Shown piece after piece: positions 60,886 to 64,000 of a stretch of DNA of 64,000 nucleotides. The DNA is taken from positions 640,001 through 704,000 of the forward strand of contig CAVTHO010000007.1 of assembly GCA_963734545.1 (NCBI GenBank), read 5' to 3'. The translations under genes and the position numbers were made by a program. Source of the DNA: an uncultured Spirochaetota bacterium (lineage in GTDB: Bacteria; Spirochaetota; Spirochaetia; SZUA-6; Fen-1364). The notes beneath the pieces were generated by a model. The model did no database searches. It saw only the letters and a program-made list of their open reading frames with translations, and was not told the DNA's origin. How positions within the stretch are numbered: position 1 is the stretch's first letter; every line of letters begins with the position of its first letter.

Positions 60886-61255
60886 TCGCCCGACCGATGA
60901 GATAGTCGATACCGGCAATCATGAGGGATATTGAAACGGCCGAGACGGCAAGCCACGCGGTCTCCTGCGCCGAATACGTTGTGGCGATGCCGGAGCCCAG
61001 GGGCCACGGCGCGTAGCTCGGGTCGAATCGGCGGGTGACGTATCGGTAGGTATCGTACACCTCGAGGGTGAGGAACAGCGCGAAGGGGAAGGCGCCCACG
61101 GTGATGGCTTCCGCCCTCCAGATATCCTTCAGCCAGGGGGCGACCTCGCCGGGAGCCAGGGGCTGCGGAACGTGCTCCTGCGCACAAGCGGCCGCGCCGC
61201 ACGCAGCGAGCAGGACGATGCAGACCACGGCAACACGGGGAAGGCGGCGGCTCAT
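60863..61255 (-). CDS. Hypothetical membrane protein
   Basis: Signal peptide plus two hydrophobic segments; overlaps both neighbours in operon fashion. Confidence 0.65.
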   Translation of the reverse strand: MSRRLPRVAVVCIVLLAACGAAACAQEHVPQPLAPGEVAPWLKDIWRAEAITVGAFPFALFLTLEVYDTYRYVTRRFDPSYAPWPLGSGIATTYSAQETAWLAVSAVSISLMIAGIDYLIGRANEPATRH

Positions 61256-61956
61256 TTCTGTTCCCTCCGGCCGAAGAGGGCGGTTCCGACTCTCACAAGG
61301 GTCGCCCCTTCCTCTATGGCGATCTCGAAGTCACTCGACATGCCCATGGACAGCGTATCGAAGAACGGCAGCCCGCCGCCCGCCCGCACCTCCTCGAATA
61401 CGGAGCGGAGGGCGGCAAATGAAGAGCGAACTCTCTGCGTATCCTCGCTGAGGGGACCCACCGTCATCAATCCCCTCACCCGGAGGTGCGTCAGCTTCCC
61501 GATCCACTCCAATCCGGCAAGCAGCTCGCTGCGGGACAGAAACCCTGACTTGGTGGGCTCGCCGCTCGTATTGAGCTCCAGCAGGATGTCCACTGTCCTG
61601 CCTCGCTCTTCGCACCGGGCATGGAGGGCTTCCGCGGTCTCCCGCTTGTCAATCGACTGAACGCACGCGAACAGGCCCGAGGCCGCGCGCGCCTTGTTTC
61701 TCTGCAGGTGCCCGATGAGATGGAGCTCGAACCCGCCGGGCAGGTCGAGGTATTTCTGCTCTGCTTCCTGCACCCGGTTTTCTCCGAACAACGACAGGCC
61801 TGCCGCCCGCGCATCGAGCACGACCTGCTGGGGAAAGCCCTTTGTCACGGCCATGAGCCTGACGGCCGACGCGTCCCGGCCCGCCCTCTGCGCGGCGGCG
61901 CTGATGCGGTCCCGTACTGCCGCAACGGCGGACGTGAGAGTTCCTACCATCTCCAT
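61252..61956 (-). CDS. yggS: YggS family pyridoxal phosphate homeostasis protein
   Basis: AVTK, FGENRVQE, HLIGHLQRNK, LSMGMSSDF, VRVGTALFG. Confidence 0.95.
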   Translation of the reverse strand: MEMVGTLTSAVAAVRDRISAAAQRAGRDASAVRLMAVTKGFPQQVVLDARAAGLSLFGENRVQEAEQKYLDLPGGFELHLIGHLQRNKARAASGLFACVQSIDKRETAEALHARCEERGRTVDILLELNTSGEPTKSGFLSRSELLAGLEWIGKLTHLRVRGLMTVGPLSEDTQRVRSSFAALRSVFEEVRAGGGLPFFDTLSMGMSSDFEIAIEEGATLVRVGTALFGRREQK

Positions 61957-62468
61957 TGCCGCACCGGAGGATATGCCCTGCTCACCGCTGCGGCGACAAG
62001 TATTCCGAGCAGCACGCCTACGCCGCCCTGCAGGAGATTGCCCGGCACGTCACCGAGTGACGCCCCGAACCCCGCAATAAGAGACCCGCCCGCCAGGTAG
62101 CCGCCAGCCATGACTGCAATGCCGACAAGGCCGGCGGCGATGCTCAAGCCCACGTTCGCGGGCCGGGCGCGCGCAATGAGCCCTACCAGCAGTCCCTGCA
62201 GACCGTGCACGACGAGGGAGATCGGCGCCCAGATGGCAAACGGGCTCAGGAGATCGGCGAGTGCCGTTCCGATCCCCCCGGCGAACATCGCCGAAACAGG
62301 GCCGAGGGTTATGGCGGTAAACACGATCGCGACGTCCCCCAGATTGATGTACCCCCTGGCGGGAGTCGGTATCTGCACGACCCTTGTCAGCACGGTCGTG
62401 ACAGCAGCGAGAATCGCAATGGAAGCAATCCGAAATGCCGGTGACATGACCGGCCGATCATCGCTCAT
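61944..62468 (-). CDS. ECF transporter S component
   Basis: IP..RGYINLGD, GIGTALADL, VHGLQG. Confidence 0.9.
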   Translation of the reverse strand: MSDDRPVMSPAFRIASIAILAAVTTVLTRVVQIPTPARGYINLGDVAIVFTAITLGPVSAMFAGGIGTALADLLSPFAIWAPISLVVHGLQGLLVGLIARARPANVGLSIAAGLVGIAVMAGGYLAGGSLIAGFGASLGDVPGNLLQGGVGVLLGILVAAAVSRAYPPVRQWRW

Positions 62469-62594
62469 GCAGAGCCTCCCTGTGAGAGTATAGGCGAAAA
62501 ACAGCCGTCCGAAAAGAACATGCCGCGGCATCCGGCGGCGCTGCGCGATTACGGCGCGCGAGCATACGCGACAGCTGCGCGCGAGCCGGTGCGA

Positions 62595-63372
62595 TCAGGC
62601 CTGCCAGCGTACCAGCGCCGGACTGATGAACAGGAAGCTGAGACAGAGACACACGATCAGGTCGGCAACCAGGCGCCGGCCCTTTTTCAGTTCCGCGTAT
62701 ACGGTCCGGGGATTCCGTCTTCCGAATCCCCGGCTCTCGAGAGCCATGGCGAGCACCGGTATGCCCTTGACCGCCTCGATCAGCAGGGAGGTAAGAACCG
62801 GGCAGATAGGTATCGATGATCTTCTTTCTTCCCCGGGTCGCGGGCGGACCGGCCCGCAGCCGATGCGCGTCCAGCACGTTGTGCCAGGTCGACGCAAGGG
62901 AGGGCATGGTCCGCAGGGCGACGATCACCACCAGGCAGAACGTGTAGGGAAGACCGAACCATCTCAGGCTGAGGACAAGATCGTCGAGGGAGACGGTCCT
63001 GACAACCGCAAAGAACCCGAATGTGACTCCGATAAATCGCAGGAGCAGGATCAGGGTTTCGCGCACTCCGTCGCTCGTCAGGAGAACAAGGCCGAACAGC
63101 GTGACGACATTCGTGCCCGCCCGGTGAAAGGGCGGGGTCAGAAGGCAGATGAAGACGAGGACGGGCGCCATCGCCTCGAGCGGGGGAAGAAGCTGGCGGA
63201 GTCCCAGCGCCGACGCAGTGACGATCACCAGGGCCGCCGCGAATGGCGCAAGCACCAGGGGCGGAACGGGAAGGAAGAAGCAGATGAAGAGGGGAACAAG
63301 AAGGAGAAGCTTGGCCCGGGGATCGAAACGGTGAAGAAAGCTGTGCCCGGGCCGGAAAAAATCCACGCTCAT
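62595..63372 (-). CDS. ecfT: ECF transporter T component (frameshift near 62800)
   Basis: SFLHRFDPRAKL N-terminus; AMALESRGF in the 62595-62897 frame. Confidence 0.88.
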
Positions 63373-64000
63373 GAAGCGGCCTCCCGGGAAACAGAGGGTC
63401 GGAAATCGCGGCTCAGCTTCCCGGATTCCAGGACGAGAATCCTGTCGGCCAGCGACATCGCCAGGTCCATATCGTGCGTGATCAGGATGATGCCCGGCGC
63501 GCGCGGGATCAGCGCGTCGAGCAGGCGCTCGACCTCCCTGCAGGAAAGCCCCGAGTCGATCTCATCGAGGACCAGGATCTCGCGGGGCAGCAGGTAGGAG
63601 ATCGCCGCCTGCAGTCTCCTGCGGCCGCCATAGCTCATGAGCGCGGGAGGAGAGGCCGGGTCGGGCAGCGAAAAGAGCCCGACGGCTTCTTCGATTTTCT
63701 GTTCGATCTCGTCCCTGCTCATGCCCTGCCGCCGCAGGCCGAGGGCAAGCTCGTCGCGGACAGTGGGAAGGTAGATCTGGTGGTCGGGATTCTGAAAGAG
63801 ATATCCCACCCTCCCATTGAGCTCGTTCGCGGAAGCAGGGGAGAACCCCGAGCCCGAGCGCAGCGACACAACGCCGGTCTGCGGCGTCAGAAGGCCGCAG
63901 AGGATCCTTCCAAGAGTCGTCTTTCCCGATCCATTCCTTCCGAGGAGCGCGCATACCTCGCCGGCGCGCACGTCGAGAGAATCAATGGCCAATGAAAAGC
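63369..64000 (-). CDS. ECF/ABC transporter ATP-binding protein (5' end outside window)
   Basis: GRNGSGKTT, FQNPDHQ, MSYG..RR, LDE...GL, ITHD. Confidence 0.9.
   Translation of the reverse strand, partial: FSLAIDSLDVRAGEVCALLGRNGSGKTTLGRILCGLLTPQTGVVSLRSGSGFSPASANELNGRVGYLFQNPDHQIYLPTVRDELALGLRRQGMSRDEIEQKIEEAVGLFSLPDPASPPALMSYGGRRRLQAAISYLLPREILVLDEIDSGLSCREVERLLDALIPRAPGIILITHDMDLAMSLADRILVLESGKLSRDFRPSVSREAAS

Overview
High-GC chromosomal segment of a spirochaete (Spirochaetia). The assignment rests on cfpA and on several genes resembling Treponema families (Tp0733-, Tp0136-, Tp0751- and LptD-like). It is mostly core genome: purB, an MCP, TPR proteins, cfpA, map, bactofilin, nusB, a pgk-tpiA-secG-PTS IIA-V/A-ATPase-Usp operon, ybeY/PgpH/PhoH, lptD-uvrA, mutS2, rsgA, murI, an RluA-family synthase, yggS and an ECF transporter. 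I saw no rRNA, tRNA, CRISPR array or mobile element. Many single-base frameshifts hit conserved housekeeping genes and look like assembly errors. The best candidate for an undescribed system is the cfpA operon (4684-10637, minus strand). It encodes (1) the filament protein CfpA with AT-hook-like C-terminal motifs, (2) a hypothetical protein whose C-terminal domain looks like HPr with its phospho-His retained, and (3) a PPDK homologue that has lost most ATP-grasp catalytic residues but keeps the phospho-His and PEP site. Together these suggest a PEP-driven, PTS-like phosphorelay linked to the cytoskeleton. Other notable signals are repeated leaderless promoter architecture, a pair of HEPN/DUF4145-like genes (one intact, one degenerate) with a palindromic operator, and a probable CTG start codon. 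All family assignments were made by eye from remembered motifs; no searches were run.
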